Sequence record: SRR22947727_3513
Reading direction: 5' to 3' (one strand)
Length of the DNA stretch: 57,637 nucleotides
Each line of letters begins with the position of its first letter. Within the stretch, counting starts at the first letter, position 1. The notes beneath the pieces are model-generated. The model had not been told where the DNA came from, made no database searches, and saw nothing but the letters and a program-made list of their open reading frames with translations. Below are positions 9,840 to 21,500 of the stretch, in pieces. The translations under genes were made by a program, and so were the position numbers.

Positions 9840-10388
9840 TCACACCCATCGGGAGGGCTGCTGATGGGGGCTGATCTTGATCTGCAGGGGATCCGCACCG
9901 AACCAATCCGACTCGCGAATGGCCTTCATCGCTTCCTTACGCGTTTGGGCGTCGAGTCGATCGATGAACACGATCCCGTCGAGGTGATCGGTTTCATGTT
10001 GCACGCACCGCGCGAGCAGGTCGCTTCCCTCGAGCGTTATCGGCTCGCCGTGCATGTTCATGCCCTTGGCGACCACGCTGCGTGCGCGCGTGCATTCGAA
10101 CGTCAGATCCGGAACCGACAAGCAGCCCTCTTCACCGTCTTGTTGTTCGTCGGACAGATCCAGAACAGGATTGACGAGATGCCCAAGTTCTTCATCCACC
10201 CAGTAGGTGAAGACCCGAAGGGAGACCCCCAACTGTGGCGCCGCCAGCCCCACCCCGGGGGCATCGCGCATCGTGTCGGTGAGGTCCTTGACGAGGCCGC
10301 GAAGTTCCTTGTCGAAGGTGACAACTTCGGCTGCTGGCGTGCGGAGAACGGGGTCACCGAACAGGCGAATAGGAACAACGCTCACCAT
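9840..10388 (-). CDS. def: Peptide deformylase
   Basis: GVGLAAPQ, EGCLS, HETDHLDG; start may be GTG 10385 (TAGACT at 10393-10398, 7 nt upstream). Confidence 0.97.
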   Translation of the reverse strand: MVSVVPIRLFGDPVLRTPAAEVVTFDKELRGLVKDLTDTMRDAPGVGLAAPQLGVSLRVFTYWVDEELGHLVNPVLDLSDEQQDGEEGCLSVPDLTFECTRARSVVAKGMNMHGEPITLEGSDLLARCVQHETDHLDGIVFIDRLDAQTRKEAMKAIRESDWFGADPLQIKISPHQQPSRWV

Positions 10389-10415
10389 GCGCAGTCTAGG
10401 TGCGCGGCCATCGGA

Positions 10416-12371
10416 CTACATATCCCGTGGGTCCATTCGCACGCGAATATCGCGCGTCGTCGAATCCTTTGTCGACTCTGTTCGCATCAGCGATCCCAGT
10501 TCGCGGGTGAAGGCCGCCGCCTGCGTGCGGGGAACAACCAGGTAGCTACGGACATGGTGCGAGTCCGGAACCGGCACCGGTCCGAGAATCCGATGATCGC
10601 TGCGGATCCGATCACCAATTGCCTGCACGGCCGCTTTTGGACCGGTCACTTCGGCTACCCGCGTCACCGGTGGCAACTCAGCCGACGCTCGCTGGTCTAA
10701 CTGTCGCTCCGCGAACCAACGGGAGTCCCATCGGATAAGGGCCTGCGCTTCCAGACTGCTCGCGCTGGCCACCAGGCACACCTCTCCCCCTTCGGCTACT
10801 AAACGGGTCGCCTCGAACCAGCGTCGGACCTGCTGCTCGGCTCCAGCCAACGACGGATACACACTCCGTGCATCCAGAATGATCACCGCGCAATACCCCT
10901 TCTCGGCAATCGGTTCGGCACCCGGAGTGGCCACGATCAGACTCGGCGTATCCGGCACGCTGCGAACGATCCGGTCGGCTTCGGACCACACGATCTGCAT
11001 ACCAGGAAAAGCCCGGCCCAATTCATCCGCTGTTCGACCCGCACCCACGTGGACGGCTCGTAGTCGCGATCCTCCGCATTCCTTGCAGGTCCATGCCCCG
11101 TTCAATGCCCCGCATCTCCCGCAACGCGCGGTCGCGTGCCCGGAGGACATTTCCAATGCTCCCTGACATGAGTCATCGTGACAACGGGCTGGGGCTCGGC
11201 AGTCTTGGCACGCGAGGGTGGGGACATATCCTCGCCGCGCGACGAGGAACAGGACCGGGCCATGACGCAGACCGTTGCGCGCCGTCGTCCATGCAGCACT
11301 CGGAATCCGAGCTGACTCGGCCGCAGGATCGCGCGCCCGTTCGTGCTCATCGATACATCGCACGTTCCACCAACTCGGGCGCTTGGGATCAACCGATGTC
11401 GCCCAGCCGGAACGACACCACCATTGGGTGGCGACGCTCCGCGCTGGAGCCCCGACGAATACGTCACACGATGTTTGGTGAGATCTCATCGCGGCTACTT
11501 CGCGCGCATCCCAGTAAGGCGCGTGCAACTCTCGATATACATCGTTGCCGTCGTCCCACATGATGATGGCACCCAAATCTTCAACCGGCGCGAAGACCGC
11601 GGTTCGCGTGCCGATCACCACCGTCGCTTGCCCGGTCCTCACCCGCAGGAACTCTCGATAGCGACGCTCCGGTCCAATATCTGCGCTCAACTCTGCGATA
11701 TCCGATTCCGGTATGAACCTGGTCAATTCCGATCGAGCGCGAGCGACGTCAGCCGCATCCGGCACAACGATGATGACCCCGCGCCCTTCGGATCGCTTCC
11801 ACCGTGCCAGGTAGCCGATTTCCGCAACCACGTCGCTTGCCGGGGCAGAACTCCACACCACTCGTGCCGGCGATGCTGTCGCGGGCCATCGGTAGTTGCG
11901 CCAGGTGGGGTCCGCCGCCGGGCCTGCCGTCGGGTGGTGCGCTGGTGACGGCGCGGGTGCCGCGGCTGAATCGGGGACCTTTCGCAGCACTGAGGATTCT
12001 GCTCGCGCATGTCGGGTCGGGACCGCCGCGCGGGCCACGTCCCAAAAAGTCCCGACATACCTGTCGGCCACGTCCTGGATCAAGGCGAGAGTTTCTGGCG
12101 ACAACGGCGGTACCTGGTCGATCACGCGCTCTATTGGCTTTGGCGAGTCGACATCTGCCTCATGAAGGCGGTCGATGACATACGCGTCGCGCAGCCGCCC
12201 AGAGAAACGAACGCGGACTCGAGCGCCGGGAACTGCTGTCTCGCGCCATTCGTCGGGAACGAGATAGTCGAAATCTCGATCGAGATGCATAACGCCCAGG
12301 TCGACGCGCAGGCGGGCGATCGGACCTAGCGACCCTTCGACGGGTCTATCCGGATGATCCTCGCTAGACAC
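10416..12371 (-). CDS. priA: Primosomal protein N' (actinobacterial type, helicase motifs degenerate)
   Basis: [30 protein letters not shown], four Cys pairs, ATPGAEP, RVRMDP; start uncertain (GTG 12371 chosen). Confidence 0.88.
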   Translation of the reverse strand: MSSEDHPDRPVEGSLGPIARLRVDLGVMHLDRDFDYLVPDEWRETAVPGARVRVRFSGRLRDAYVIDRLHEADVDSPKPIERVIDQVPPLSPETLALIQDVADRYVGTFWDVARAAVPTRHARAESSVLRKVPDSAAAPAPSPAHHPTAGPAADPTWRNYRWPATASPARVVWSSAPASDVVAEIGYLARWKRSEGRGVIIVVPDAADVARARSELTRFIPESDIAELSADIGPERRYREFLRVRTGQATVVIGTRTAVFAPVEDLGAIIMWDDGNDVYRELHAPYWDAREVAAMRSHQTSCDVFVGAPARSVATQWWCRSGWATSVDPKRPSWWNVRCIDEHERARDPAAESARIPSAAWTTARNGLRHGPVLFLVARRGYVPTLACQDCRAPARCHDDSCQGALEMSSGHATARCGRCGALNGAWTCKECGGSRLRAVHVGAGRTADELGRAFPGMQIVWSEADRIVRSVPDTPSLIVATPGAEPIAEKGYCAVIILDARSVYPSLAGAEQQVRRWFEATRLVAEGGEVCLVASASSLEAQALIRWDSRWFAERQLDQRASAELPPVTRVAEVTGPKAAVQAIGDRIRSDHRILGPVPVPDSHHVRSYLVVPRTQAAAFTRELGSLMRTESTKDSTTRDIRVRMDPRDM

Positions 12372-13614
12372 CCGCTGCTGTGCGGAGATCCGCCGCCCGA
12401 TCGGTGCTCTCCCACGTGAACGTTGGCCCGACCTCGGTCCGACGGGATGGCTCATCTGCGTCAAGTAGCTGGTTTACGCCTTGAGGGCGCCCGAAGTGAC
12501 CGTAGGCGCTGGTGGTGCGGTAGATGGGGCGCAGGAGATCGAGGTCGCGGATGATCGCCGCGGGGCGCAGGTCGAAGACCGCCAATACTGCTTCTTGGAT
12601 CTGCTCGTCGCTCATAACTCCAGTACCGAAGGTTTGCACGAACACGCCGACAGGATGCGAGACGCCGATGGCGTAGGCAACCTGAACCTCGCACCGAGAG
12701 GCGAGACCCGCGGCCACCACGTTCTTGGCTACCCATCGCATCGCGTACGTGGCCGACCGGTCCACCTTCGACGGGTCCTTTCCGGAGAAGGCCCCGCCAC
12801 CGTGACGCGCCATGCCGCCGTAGGTGTCGACGATGATCTTTCGTCCAGTGAGGCCGGCGTCGCCCATTGGACCGCCGACTTCGAATTGTCCGGTCGGGTT
12901 GACGAGCAAGCGGTAGTCACGGCTATCGATGTCGAACGTTTCCAGAATCGGATCCACTACATGCCGCCGGACATCCGGAGTCAGCGTTGCATCGAGATCC
13001 ACATCAGCGGCGTGCTGACTGCTGACGACGATCGTGTCGATGCCTGTCGGACGGTCGTTCTCGTCGTAGCTGATCGTCACCTGTGTCTTGCCGTCCGGGC
13101 GGAGGTAGTGCAGGGTTCCGTCCTTGCGCTTGGCCGTCAACTGCTCGCTCAAACGGTGCGCCATCGAGATCGGCAACGGCATGAGTTCCTCGGTGTCGGT
13201 GCACGCGTATCCGAACATCAGTCCTTGGTCACCGGCCCCTTGGCGATCCAGGGGATCCTCGCTGCCGTCGGCTCGCTCTTCGAATGCGTCGTCGACTCCT
13301 TGAGCGATGTCGGCGGACTGCTTGCCGATGGACACGCTGATTCCACATGACTCACCGTCGAAGCCCTTGACGGAGGAGTCGTAGCCAATGTCGAGCACGG
13401 TTTGGCGTACCAGGTTCATCACGTCGGCGAAACCTTCGGTGGTCACCTCACCCGATACGTGCACCTGACCGGTCGTCAGCATTGTCTCGACGGCGACGCG
13501 GCTGCGGGAATCTTGCCGCAACAGGTCGTCGAGGATGGCATCGCTGATTTGGTCGGCCATCTTGTCCGGATGACCTTCGGTAACCGACTCCGACGTGAAT
13601 AGGCGTTGCGACAC
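12364..13614 (-). CDS. metK: S-adenosylmethionine synthetase
   Basis: [34 protein letters not shown]. Confidence 0.98.
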   Translation of the reverse strand: MSQRLFTSESVTEGHPDKMADQISDAILDDLLRQDSRSRVAVETMLTTGQVHVSGEVTTEGFADVMNLVRQTVLDIGYDSSVKGFDGESCGISVSIGKQSADIAQGVDDAFEERADGSEDPLDRQGAGDQGLMFGYACTDTEELMPLPISMAHRLSEQLTAKRKDGTLHYLRPDGKTQVTISYDENDRPTGIDTIVVSSQHAADVDLDATLTPDVRRHVVDPILETFDIDSRDYRLLVNPTGQFEVGGPMGDAGLTGRKIIVDTYGGMARHGGGAFSGKDPSKVDRSATYAMRWVAKNVVAAGLASRCEVQVAYAIGVSHPVGVFVQTFGTGVMSDEQIQEAVLAVFDLRPAAIIRDLDLLRPIYRTTSAYGHFGRPQGVNQLLDADEPSRRTEVGPTFTWESTDRAADLRTAAGV

Positions 13615-13640
13615 GAGGCTCCCTCACAGCTGCGGATTGC

Positions 13641-13672
13641 CGAGGATAATCCTCGACGGCCTCAGCAGTCTA
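13641..13672 (-). promoter_or_regulatory. metK promoter region: TAGACT (13667-13672) plus CGAGGAT-A-ATCCTCG inverted repeat (13641-13655)
   Basis: Hexamer overlaps the coaBC stop; perfect 7-1-7 palindrome in the short leader; GGGAG SD before GTG 13614. Confidence 0.45.
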
Positions 13673-14914
13673 GCGATCGAAACGCACTGTGTCCCAGATG
13701 GCATGCGCGGCGATTTCCTTGCTGACCGACTCACGGAGGTGGCATTCGCCATCGGCGCCGACGATGGCGACAGTCGTCTCCTCATCGCCGAAAACCGCCC
13801 CATCGGAGACGTCGTTCGCGACGAGATAGTCACATCCCTTACGTGCCAGTTTGGCCAGAGCTCGGGTGGTGAGCGATTCACCCTCGGCAGGTGTCTCTGC
13901 GGCGAACCCAACGACGATGGGTGTCGGGCTCGATCCGCGCTTGGCCGCCAATTCGGCCAATACGTCTGTCGTACGCTCCAAAATCAGCTCCGGCGCCGCC
14001 CCTTCGGCCAACGATTCCTTGGTGATTTTGCCCGGATGCGAGGTGACCGGACGAAAGTCAGCGACGGCGGCCGCCATCACCACGACGTCGGGGTTCTCGC
14101 GGGCAACGAGGTCGTGCATGACCGACCGGAGTTCCTCTGCCGTGCCGACCCGGCGTACGGCGCACCCGGCCGGTACGCCTGAGCGCAGATCACCATCGAC
14201 GTGCCCGACGACGGCGGTCACGGTGGCTCCCCGAGCGATCGCAGTACGAGCCAAGGCAAACCCTTGGCGACCGCTGCTCTTATTGCCGAGGAACCGTACG
14301 TCGTCCCAGGGCTCTTGCGTTCCGCCGATGCTGATGACCACGTGCCGGCCGTGCAGGTCCGAGCGTGTAACCCGACCACTGTTGGCCATGGCGAGTGTGG
14401 TTCGCGCCGCTTCGGCAATCGCTCGAGGCTCGGGAAGTCGCCCCGCTCCGGAGTCCGAACCCGTTAGCCGCCCGTCGGCCGGGTCGAGGACGACCGCACC
14501 GCGCTCTCGGAGCAAACGGACGTTGGCCTGTGTGGCCGGGTGCAACCACATCTCGGTATGCATTGCTGGCGCAATCACCACACGACCACGAGTGGTTAAT
14601 AAGACGTTGGTGAGCAAATCGCTCGCGATCCCATGCGACGCGCGGGCCAGAAAATCCGCCGTGGCCGGCGCGACGATCACTAGATCGGCCCGCTGACCGA
14701 GTTCGACGTGGGGGACCTCGTGCGGGGACTCCCACAACTCACGAGCGACCGGCTTGCCGGACAGCGCAGCCCACGTCGGTTCGCCCACGAATCTAAGGGC
14801 GGACGCCGTGGGCACGACAGTGACGTCGTGACCGGACTCGGTCAGTTCGCGAAGAAGGGAGACGGCCTTGTACGCGGCGATTCCGCCGGTGACTCCGAGA
14901 ACGATGTCGGCCAT
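13670..14914 (-). CDS. coaBC: Bifunctional phosphopantothenoylcysteine decarboxylase/synthetase
   Basis: LGVTGGIAAYK, APATAD, PAMH, NKSSGRQG, MAAAVADF, GFAAET, VANDV; ATG 14914. Confidence 0.96.
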   Translation of the reverse strand: MADIVLGVTGGIAAYKAVSLLRELTESGHDVTVVPTASALRFVGEPTWAALSGKPVARELWESPHEVPHVELGQRADLVIVAPATADFLARASHGIASDLLTNVLLTTRGRVVIAPAMHTEMWLHPATQANVRLLRERGAVVLDPADGRLTGSDSGAGRLPEPRAIAEAARTTLAMANSGRVTRSDLHGRHVVISIGGTQEPWDDVRFLGNKSSGRQGFALARTAIARGATVTAVVGHVDGDLRSGVPAGCAVRRVGTAEELRSVMHDLVARENPDVVVMAAAVADFRPVTSHPGKITKESLAEGAAPELILERTTDVLAELAAKRGSSPTPIVVGFAAETPAEGESLTTRALAKLARKGCDYLVANDVSDGAVFGDEETTVAIVGADGECHLRESVSKEIAAHAIWDTVRFDR

Positions 14915-14933
14915 AACGACCGCCGGGCCTTCC

Positions 14934-15278
14934 CTACTCGGTTTCCTCGCCCGCAGCGAAGGGATCGACAGACGCGGCTGCGCTAGTGGCGGCTGTGTCC
15001 TCGGCTGCTTCAGCGGCGGCTTGGGCGGGATCAAATGGTTCAGATGTGAGTAACCCTGCGTCGATCTCACGCATGGCGATAGACAGCGGCTTTTCCTGGA
15101 CGTAGGTCTCGACCAGGGGGCCGACGTATTCCAGGAGCCCCTCGCCGAGCTGGGAGTAGTACGCGTTGATTTGGCGAGCACGCTTTGCTGCGTAGCTGAC
15201 CAATGAATACTTCGAGTCGGTCTTTTCCAGCAGATCGTCGATCGAGGGGTAGGTGATGCCCTCTGGCTGTGACGTCAC
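14934..15278 (-). CDS. rpoZ: RNA polymerase omega subunit
   Basis: [12 protein letters not shown]...[18 protein letters not shown]...[11 protein letters not shown]. Confidence 0.97.
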   Translation of the reverse strand: MTSQPEGITYPSIDDLLEKTDSKYSLVSYAAKRARQINAYYSQLGEGLLEYVGPLVETYVQEKPLSIAMREIDAGLLTSEPFDPAQAAAEAAEDTAATSAAASVDPFAAGEETE

Positions 15279-15288
15279 AGGTGGTTCC

Positions 15289-15891
15289 TCATTTGCCGTG
15301 GGGGGATCTCTCGGCGTATCCCGAGAGGCCCGATGAGCCTATCAAGGCCTCCGCACACTGCTCGACGTCGGCGTTGACGAGCACATGGTCGAACTCCGAC
15401 GCAGCCGCCAGCTCGGCTTCGGCGGCGGCGAATCGCGCCGCTCGAGCTTCCTGATCTTCGGTTCCGCGGCCGGCGAGCCTGTCGTGCAGGACGTCGATAC
15501 TTGGCGGAGCCAGAAAAATCAGGGTCGCGTCGGGCTCGGCTTCGCGCACCTGACGGGCCCCTTGCACCTCGATTTCCAACAGCACCGGCGTTCCAGTCAT
15601 CCGGTGAGCGAGGACCTGCGCGCGAGGCGTGCCGTATCGGTTACCCGCGAACTCCGCCCACTCGAGCAGGCCGCCCTCGTCGGCCAGTTGATTAAAAGAC
15701 TCCCGGGTGTGAAAGGTGTACTCGACTCCGTCGGTTTCTCCCGGGCGCGGTTGTCGGGTTGTCGCCGACACCGACAGCCACACGGATGGACAGCGACGAA
15801 GCACCTCGGCAACCACCGTGCTCTTACCGACGCCGGATGGACCGCTGACCACGACGAGTGGTGCGGGGCTTTCGCCGACGGATTCGCTCAT
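15289..15891 (-). CDS. gmk: Guanylate kinase
   Basis: [32 protein letters not shown] 15891 overlaps pyrF TGA. Confidence 0.97.
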   Translation of the reverse strand: MSESVGESPAPLVVVSGPSGVGKSTVVAEVLRRCPSVWLSVSATTRQPRPGETDGVEYTFHTRESFNQLADEGGLLEWAEFAGNRYGTPRAQVLAHRMTGTPVLLEIEVQGARQVREAEPDATLIFLAPPSIDVLHDRLAGRGTEDQEARAARFAAAEAELAAASEFDHVLVNADVEQCAEALIGSSGLSGYAERSPHGK

Positions 15892-16640
15892 CAGGCTCTG
15901 CATTCCTCTGCGATGGCGATTACCGCTTCTGTTGGGTCTGGCTCTCCGGTGATGGGGCGTCCGATGACCAAGAGATCCGATCCGTCGGCGAGCGCTTGCG
16001 CCGGTGTCGATGCGCGGCGCTGATCGTGCGCGCGGGCCCCCGCCGGCCGGATTCCCGGGGTGATGAGGTGGACCTCCGACGGAACGATTGCTCGCAGCCG
16101 GGCCACCTCATGGGGCGAGCACACCAGCGCGCGGGCACCAGCGTCGACCGCAGTAGCTGCCCATCGGGCGACGATATCCGAAGGAGAACCGGAGATTCCC
16201 AACTCCTGAGCAGATGCATAATCCAAACTCGTCAAGAGGGTCACCGCCGTCACCCGGGTCTCCGGTAACGCCGCGACGGCCGCGCGCACCATCTGCGGAC
16301 CTCCCGAAGCATGCACGGTCAGATACGTCGGTGCGAGCGGCGCGACGGCCTGGGCGGCCCCGGCAACGGTTGCGGGAATGTCGTGCAGCTTCAGATCCAG
16401 GAAGATCGAGATGTCCGGGTGATCGGCGTCCCGCGCAGCATCTCGGGCGGCGAGAACACTGCGATGACCATCACGACAGAACGCTTCCAATCCGACCTTG
16501 AGGCATCGAACATGCGGCGCGACGCTGGCGGCCCAGGAGGTCAACGTCGAAATATCGGGCGCATCGAGGGCGACCGCGATAGGCGCGCAAGACTGAGCCG
16601 ATTGTTCGGTGCTCTGGCTCGGATTACTCGGTGATGAAAT
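15891..16640 (-). CDS. pyrF: Orotidine-5'-phosphate decarboxylase (start codon uncertain; ATT 16640 proposed)
   Basis: [37 protein letters not shown]. Confidence 0.93.
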   Translation of the reverse strand: MSSPSNPSQSTEQSAQSCAPIAVALDAPDISTLTSWAASVAPHVRCLKVGLEAFCRDGHRSVLAARDAARDADHPDISIFLDLKLHDIPATVAGAAQAVAPLAPTYLTVHASGGPQMVRAAVAALPETRVTAVTLLTSLDYASAQELGISGSPSDIVARWAATAVDAGARALVCSPHEVARLRAIVPSEVHLITPGIRPAGARAHDQRRASTPAQALADGSDLLVIGRPITGEPDPTEAVIAIAEECRA

Positions 16641-17697
16641 CCCAGTCCTCCAGTGAGCTCGATTCCTGCTGTGCCGTGGTGGCGTGCTGCGCGCTCGTAG
16701 GCGAGGGGACGTCGCTGTCATCGGCGCGATGCGCGAATCCAATCACGTCCTGCACGTGATCGAATCCTCGCGCCCGCACCTCTGCGGCGAGCTCTGCATG
16801 GATACGACTCGGCGCGCTCGGATCGTGAAATATGGCCGTGCCCACCGACACCGCGGTGGCTCCGGCGAGGAGGAATTCCAGGGCGTCTCGACCGGATCGG
16901 ATGCCTCCCATCCCGATGATGGGGATTGCGGGAAATGCTTGATGCACCTGCCAGACGCAGCGCAGAGCCACCGGTCGGATGGCCGGCCCGGAGAGCCCGC
17001 CGGTAGTTCCCGCCAGCGTCGGGCGCATGGTCGTCGTGTCGATCACGAGGCCGAGCAACGTATTGATCAACGACAAGCCCGTCGCGCCGGCGCGAATGAC
17101 AGCGTCGGCGATTTCGACGATGTCCGTCACGTCCGGAGACAGCTTCGCAAAAATCGGGATCCGCGAATCGGAGCTCCGACGAACCGTCTGCACTACCTGA
17201 GCAGCAGACTCCGCTCGACACGCGAAGACCTGGCCGCGATCGGCAACATTGGGGCAAGAGATATTCACTTCGATGGCATCGAACCCACCGGAACTGCGTA
17301 ACTTGGCGGCCAAACGCCCGTACTCCTCCACCGTCTCCCCCGCGATGGACACGATCGTGCGTGCTCCACGCTCGTTGAGCCAGGCGAGATCGTTCTCGAT
17401 AAAGGCATCGATCCCGGGGCCTTGCAGCCCGATCGAATTGAGCATGCCGCTCGGAGTCTCGGACATGCGCGGCGTTGCTCGTCCGGCCTGCGGTTTCAGC
17501 ATGATGCTCTTGGTGACGATCGCGCCAAGTTCGGTAATATCGAAGAACTCATCCAACTCTCGACCCGCCGCCGCACATCCGCTCGCGGTCAAGACGGGGC
17601 TTGGCAAGCCAATCCCGGCAAGTTCGACAGCCGTGTCGGCGTGCTCGATCGGTTGACGGCGGCCTGGGTCACCGCCGGTGACGACAGCTGCGCTCAC
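16624..17697 (-). CDS. pyrD: Dihydroorotate dehydrogenase class 1B catalytic subunit
   Basis: TASG, VTKS, NSIGLQGPG, NISCPN, KLSP, INT, GGLSG; adjacent pyrK. Confidence 0.95.
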   Translation of the reverse strand: MSAAVVTGGDPGRRQPIEHADTAVELAGIGLPSPVLTASGCAAAGRELDEFFDITELGAIVTKSIMLKPQAGRATPRMSETPSGMLNSIGLQGPGIDAFIENDLAWLNERGARTIVSIAGETVEEYGRLAAKLRSSGGFDAIEVNISCPNVADRGQVFACRAESAAQVVQTVRRSSDSRIPIFAKLSPDVTDIVEIADAVIRAGATGLSLINTLLGLVIDTTTMRPTLAGTTGGLSGPAIRPVALRCVWQVHQAFPAIPIIGMGGIRSGRDALEFLLAGATAVSVGTAIFHDPSAPSRIHAELAAEVRARGFDHVQDVIGFAHRADDSDVPSPTSAQHATTAQQESSSLEDWDFITE

Positions 17698-18551
17698 GAT
17701 TCACCCCCGCTATCCGGGGCCCCGATGGCGTCCGCCGGAATGGTGTTGATGTCTCGCCAGCGCACTCGGTCACCACGAAAAACCGGACCCTCGACGCAGG
17801 AACGAACCATGCGGGTCGCGCCGTTTGTGCCGATGACCGGGAGAACACACGTCATGCATACACCGATGCCGCACGCCATCGCCTCTTCCACTGCGCACTC
17901 GCTATACACGCGCTGCTTCGTCGAGATGCGGGCAACTTCGGACAACATGGGCATCGGCCCGCACGCGTACACCACATCGGCACCTGCCCGTTGCAAGACG
18001 TTGTCGAGAACGTCGGTGACAGTGCCGCGAACACCGCTGCTTCCGTCATCGGTGGTGATCGTCAGCGCAGACGCCAACCGCTTCAACTCCAGCACACCGA
18101 ACAACCTGTCTTCGGTGGAGGCGCCGATGATCATGTCAACGCGGCAGCCGCGCTCGCGTAGAGCTTGAGCCAACATGAACATCGGTGCGCTGCCGTAGCC
18201 GCCACCGACCAGAACACAGGAGACCCCCTGCTTGGGAAGGGAGAACGGTTGTCCGAGTGGACCCACCACGTTGAGAACATCGTGGCGCCGTCTGTGGGCG
18301 AGCCACTCGGTTCCGGTGCCGGCGACGGAGATCGCAATGTCCAAGGTCCCTCCGAAGACGCCCCGCGAGGCCACCTGGTGAATGGCGAATGCCCGTCGCA
18401 GCACCATGCTCGACTCTTCGCCACCCATGGCGATGGTGACGAAGTGACCCGGTTGAGCGCTCTCAGCTATCCCCGGGGCAGTGAGGGAAAGAACGTGATA
18501 TCCCCCAACTCGGCGATTGTCCAAAACTTCGGATTTGATCTGCTGCACCAT
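17694..18551 (-). CDS. pyrK: Dihydroorotate dehydrogenase electron transfer subunit
   Basis: LRRAFA, GPLG, GGGYG, ACGP, MACGIGVCMTC...C 2Fe-2S motif. Confidence 0.93.
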   Translation of the reverse strand: MVQQIKSEVLDNRRVGGYHVLSLTAPGIAESAQPGHFVTIAMGGEESSMVLRRAFAIHQVASRGVFGGTLDIAISVAGTGTEWLAHRRRHDVLNVVGPLGQPFSLPKQGVSCVLVGGGYGSAPMFMLAQALRERGCRVDMIIGASTEDRLFGVLELKRLASALTITTDDGSSGVRGTVTDVLDNVLQRAGADVVYACGPMPMLSEVARISTKQRVYSECAVEEAMACGIGVCMTCVLPVIGTNGATRMVRSCVEGPVFRGDRVRWRDINTIPADAIGAPDSGGES

Positions 18552-21500
18552 CAGATCTCTCCTTGTTGCTGCGATTGCGCGCGCGACTGCTCGCGCAAGT
18601 GAGCCAAATGTGCCCCGTGCTCTTGCAAGGATCGGACATTCGGCTCACCGGAGACAAGTGCATCGATACCTTGGACCGCCGCGCTCAGGCCCTGCACGGT
18701 GGTCACGCAGGGAATTCCTTTGGTCACAGCAGCCGTCCGAATCTCATAGCCGTCAACGCGGGGTCCGACTCCGTAGGGAGTGTTCACGATCAGGTCGATA
18801 TCTCCGGCCATGATCGCATCAACGGTGGTGGGAGTGCCATCCTTTCCACGACCTTCGTGCTGTTTGCGGAGAACGTCGACGGGCACACCGTTGCGCCGCA
18901 GTATCTCCGCCGTGCCTTGAGTGGCGAAGATCGCGAACCCCAGGCCGGCAAGGCGCTTGATGGGAAACACCGACGCCCGCTTGTCGCGATTAGCCAGCGA
19001 GACGAAAGCGCTGCCACGCGTGGGGAGGCCTCCGGCGTAAGCCGCCTGCTGCGACTTCGCGAACGCGACCCCGAAGGAATCGTCGATGCCCATGACCTCT
19101 CCCGTCGAGCGCATCTCGGGTCCGAGAATCACATCGACTCCGTGGAATCGTCCGAACGGTAAGACTGCTTCCTTGACAGAAATGGCGCTGCCCGGAGGCA
19201 GGGCACCTCCATCACCTTCAGCGGGAAGAAGGCCCTCTTCTCGAAGTTCCTTGATGGACGCACCCGCCATGATTCGCGCCGCCGCCTTCGCTACGGGGAC
19301 CCCGGTGGCTTTGGAGACGAACGGCACCGTCCGAGAAGCCCGGGGGTTGGCTTCCAGGACATAGAGCGTGTCCTGGGCGAGAGCGAACTGCACGTTCAAC
19401 AGGCCCCGCACCCCCACGCCTTCTGCGATGGCACGTGTCGACGTCCGGATTCGATCGATGTCCGATTCCCCTAGGGTCATTGGCGGCAGAGCACACGCAG
19501 AGTCACCCGAGTGGATGCCCGCCTCTTCGATGTGCTCCATGACGCCCGCGAGATACATGTCGTGGCCATCGAAGAGCGCATCCACATCGATTTCTATCGC
19601 GTCATCGAGAAAGCGATCCACCAGCACCGGATGTTCACGGGTCACCTCAGTGGACCGCTGCAGGTAACTCTCGAGCATCGCATCGTCGTACACAATCTCC
19701 ATCCCTCGCCCGCCGAGCACATAACTCGGGCGAACAAGCACGGGATAACCGACGCGAGCTGCGATGGCAGCTGCCTCGTCGAACGACCGCGCCGTTCCGT
19801 GCTCTGGAGCCGGCAATCCAGCATCCGCCAGCACGCGGCCGAAGGCTCCTCGTTCTTCGGCGAGATGGATGGCGGCCGGCGAGGTGCCCACAATCGGGAC
19901 GCCGGCATCTTCAAGGCGTTGGGCGAGTCCGAGTGGTGTTTGGCCACCGAGTTGCACGATGACGCCTACGACGGCTCCTTGTCGCTGCTCGGCATTGACA
20001 ACTTCCAAGACGTCTTCGCACGTCAAGGGTTCGAAATAGAGACGATCGGAGGTGTCGTAGTCGGTGGAGACGGTTTCCGGGTTGCAATTGATCATGATCG
20101 TTTCGAAACCGGCGTCGGAGAGAGCCAATGCGGCATGGACGCACGAATAGTCGAACTCGATGCCTTGACCGATGCGATTGGGGCCGGACCCGAGGATGAT
20201 CACCTTCTCGCGGTCTGATGGCTGCATCTCATCTTCCTCGTCGTAGGACGAGTAGTGATAGGGAGTCGTCGCTTCGAACTCCGCCGCGCACGTGTCGACA
20301 GTCTTGAAAACGGGACGGATCCCCCAGGCATGCCTGATCTCACGGATCTCTTCTTCACTCAAGCCCCGCAATTGCGCGACTTGCGCATCGGAGAACCCCT
20401 CCCGCTTAGCCATGACCAGGAGTTCACGATCGAGGGATTCAGCGGATGACAGCGCATCCGCGATCTCGTTGATCTGACATATATGGTCGAGGAACCACGG
20501 ATCGATGCCCGTTGCCTCATACACCGCGTCGATACTCGCCCCGGCCCAGAGCCCCTGCTGCACCAGCGCCAAACGTCCATCGTGGGGTCGCTTCGCTCGT
20601 TCCAGGACGTCGGCCACATCGATTGCGTCGCGCGAGGTTTCCCAGGAGAAGACAGCCGACGGCCGCTCCATCGATCGCAGGGCCTTGTTCAATGCCTCCC
20701 CAAAATTACGACCGATGGCCATCGCCTCGCCAACACTCTTCATCGTGGTGGTCAAGGTGGTGTCCGCTCCGGGGAACTTCTCGAAGGCGAAGCGCGGGAC
20801 CTTCACGACGACGTAGTCGAGCGTCGGCTCGAACGATGCCGGTGTCTGCTGCGTGATGTCGTTGGGGATCTCGTCGAGTGTGTAACCGATCGCGAGACGT
20901 GCGGCGATCTTGGCAATAGGAAAGCCTGTCGCCTTCGATGCCAGGGCTGATGAGCGCGACACACGGGGGTTCATCTCGATGACGATCATCCGTCCATCGG
21001 ATGGGTTGATGGCGAATTGAATGTTGCATCCGCCGGTGTCCACGCCGACTGCACGGATGATCTTGATGCCCACGTCTCGCATGTGCTGGTACTCACGATC
21101 AGTGAGGGTCAAACACGGCGCGACCGTTATCGAGTCCCCGGTGTGCACTCCCATGGGATCGACGTTCTCGATAGAACAGACCACCACCACGTTGTCGTTT
21201 CTGTCGCGCATCAACTCGAGTTCGAATTCCTTCCAGCCGATGATGGACTCCTCGAGCAACACCTCAGTTGTCGGGCTGGCCTGCAAGCCGGCGCCGGCAA
21301 TTCGTTCCAGATCAGCCTCGTCGTACGCGATACCCGATCCGGCGCCACCCATCGTGAACGACGGGCGCACGACGACGGGGTAACCCAGATCGCTCGTTGC
21401 CTCGACGCACTGCTCCATCGTGTGGCAGATGATGGAGCGGGCGCTCGATCCACCGATGGACTCCACTATCGATCGGAACTTCTCACGGTTCTCGCCGCGC

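Noticed and set aside
9645..10700. Long antisense ORFs (e.g. 9645-10700, 21865-23163, 32026-33174, 51771-52817, 55222-56325)
   Set aside because: They shadow well-identified genes, show no recognisable motifs, and are expected from high-GC codon bias
10416..12371. PriA lacks Walker A and DEAH motifs (WDDG instead): pseudogene?
   Set aside because: Frame is intact with a full Cys-rich region; degenerate helicase motifs are typical of actinobacterial PriA
13670..14914. CoaBC has GRLTG and PAMH rather than the LACG/PAMN motifs
   Set aside because: This is the usual actinobacterial form, not a sign of inactivation
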